Positions 63,617 through 64,000 of a DNA stretch of 64,000 bases are shown in pieces. The DNA is taken from contig CAWDXG010000001.1 of assembly GCA_963806225.1 (NCBI GenBank), forward strand, positions 384,001-448,000, read 5' to 3'. How positions within the stretch are numbered: position 1 is the first letter of the stretch; each line of letters begins with the position of its first letter. This stretch comes from an uncultured delta proteobacterium. GTDB taxonomy: Bacteria > Myxococcota_A > Polyangia > Polyangiales > Polyangiaceae. Both the position numbers and the translations under genes were made by a program. The notes beneath the pieces are model-generated. The model saw nothing but the letters and a program-made list of their open reading frames with translations. It searched no databases and had not been told where the DNA came from.

Positions 63617-64000
63617 CGCTACTCGCTCGAGGTGAACGGCCGCGTGCGCGAGGTCGACGTCCCGCCCGGCACGCCGCTACTCGTCGTGTTGCGCGACGAG
63701 CTCGATCTCGTCGGAACCCGCTTTGGCTGCGGTCAGGGCGACTGCGGCGCTTGCTATGTGTTGGCCGATGGTCGCGCAGTTCCCTCCTGCACGATGCACA
63801 TCGAGGACGCAGCGGACCGCAGCATCGTGACCGTGGAGGGGCTCGCCGACGGCGACACGCTGCATCCCGTGCAGCAGGCATTCATCGACGAGGATGCGAT
63901 GCAGTGCGGCTACTGCACGAGCGGCATCCTGATCTCCGCGGCGGCGCTGCTCGCGCGTTCGCCCACCCCGTCGGGGGCGGAGATCCGTGAAGCGCTGCAG
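63614..64000 (+). CDS. (2Fe-2S)-binding small subunit of a molybdo-hydroxylase (CoxS/IorA-like), runs off the window end
   Basis: LEVNG, LRDEL.L.GTRFGCGQGDCGAC, IVTVEGL, MQCGYCTSG. Confidence 0.92.
   Translation, partial: MRYSLEVNGRVREVDVPPGTPLLVVLRDELDLVGTRFGCGQGDCGACYVLADGRAVPSCTMHIEDAADRSIVTVEGLADGDTLHPVQQAFIDEDAMQCGYCTSGILISAAALLARSPTPSGAEIREALQ

Overview
This is a very GC-rich bacterial window. Its gene content (many lipoproteins with Gly-rich linkers, an FGE-domain protein, a DUF4388 fusion) suggests Myxococcota, probably Polyangiales; that assignment is inference. It carries about 50 CDSs, including rplM-rpsI, uvrB, argC, uppP, manC, hppA, a MacAB-type ABC exporter, a CzcCBA-type RND system, GH15, OPT, TauE, a flotillin/NfeD pair and many secreted or lipoprotein hydrolases. 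tRNA-Cys(GCA) is followed by a patch of fragmentary accessory genes. Two mobile-element loci stand out. (1) A 1000-nt internally deleted group II intron (62617-63616) sits immediately after the ATG of a CoxS-type 2Fe-2S gene. It appears to recognise AUG through an EBS1 loop containing CAUG. It also appears to end in its own SD plus AUG, supported by branch-A spacing and a C-G gamma-gamma' pair, so the host gene could be expressed with or without splicing. Its ORF retains only RT0 fused in frame to the C-terminal tail. (2) A RAYT-type HUH transposase has a 53-bp tandem hairpin array upstream and a shared motif on both flanks. Other leads are a candidate metal-sensing leader ORF before czcCBA, an MshEN/HD-GYP/REC/DUF4388 protein with degenerate motifs, a GlpT-type MFS with a PDZ-like insert, and a recurrent leaderless promoter signature. 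Five +1 frameshifts in four genes each duplicate a neighbouring base and look like sequencing errors. All family calls come from motifs recognised by eye, not from database searches.
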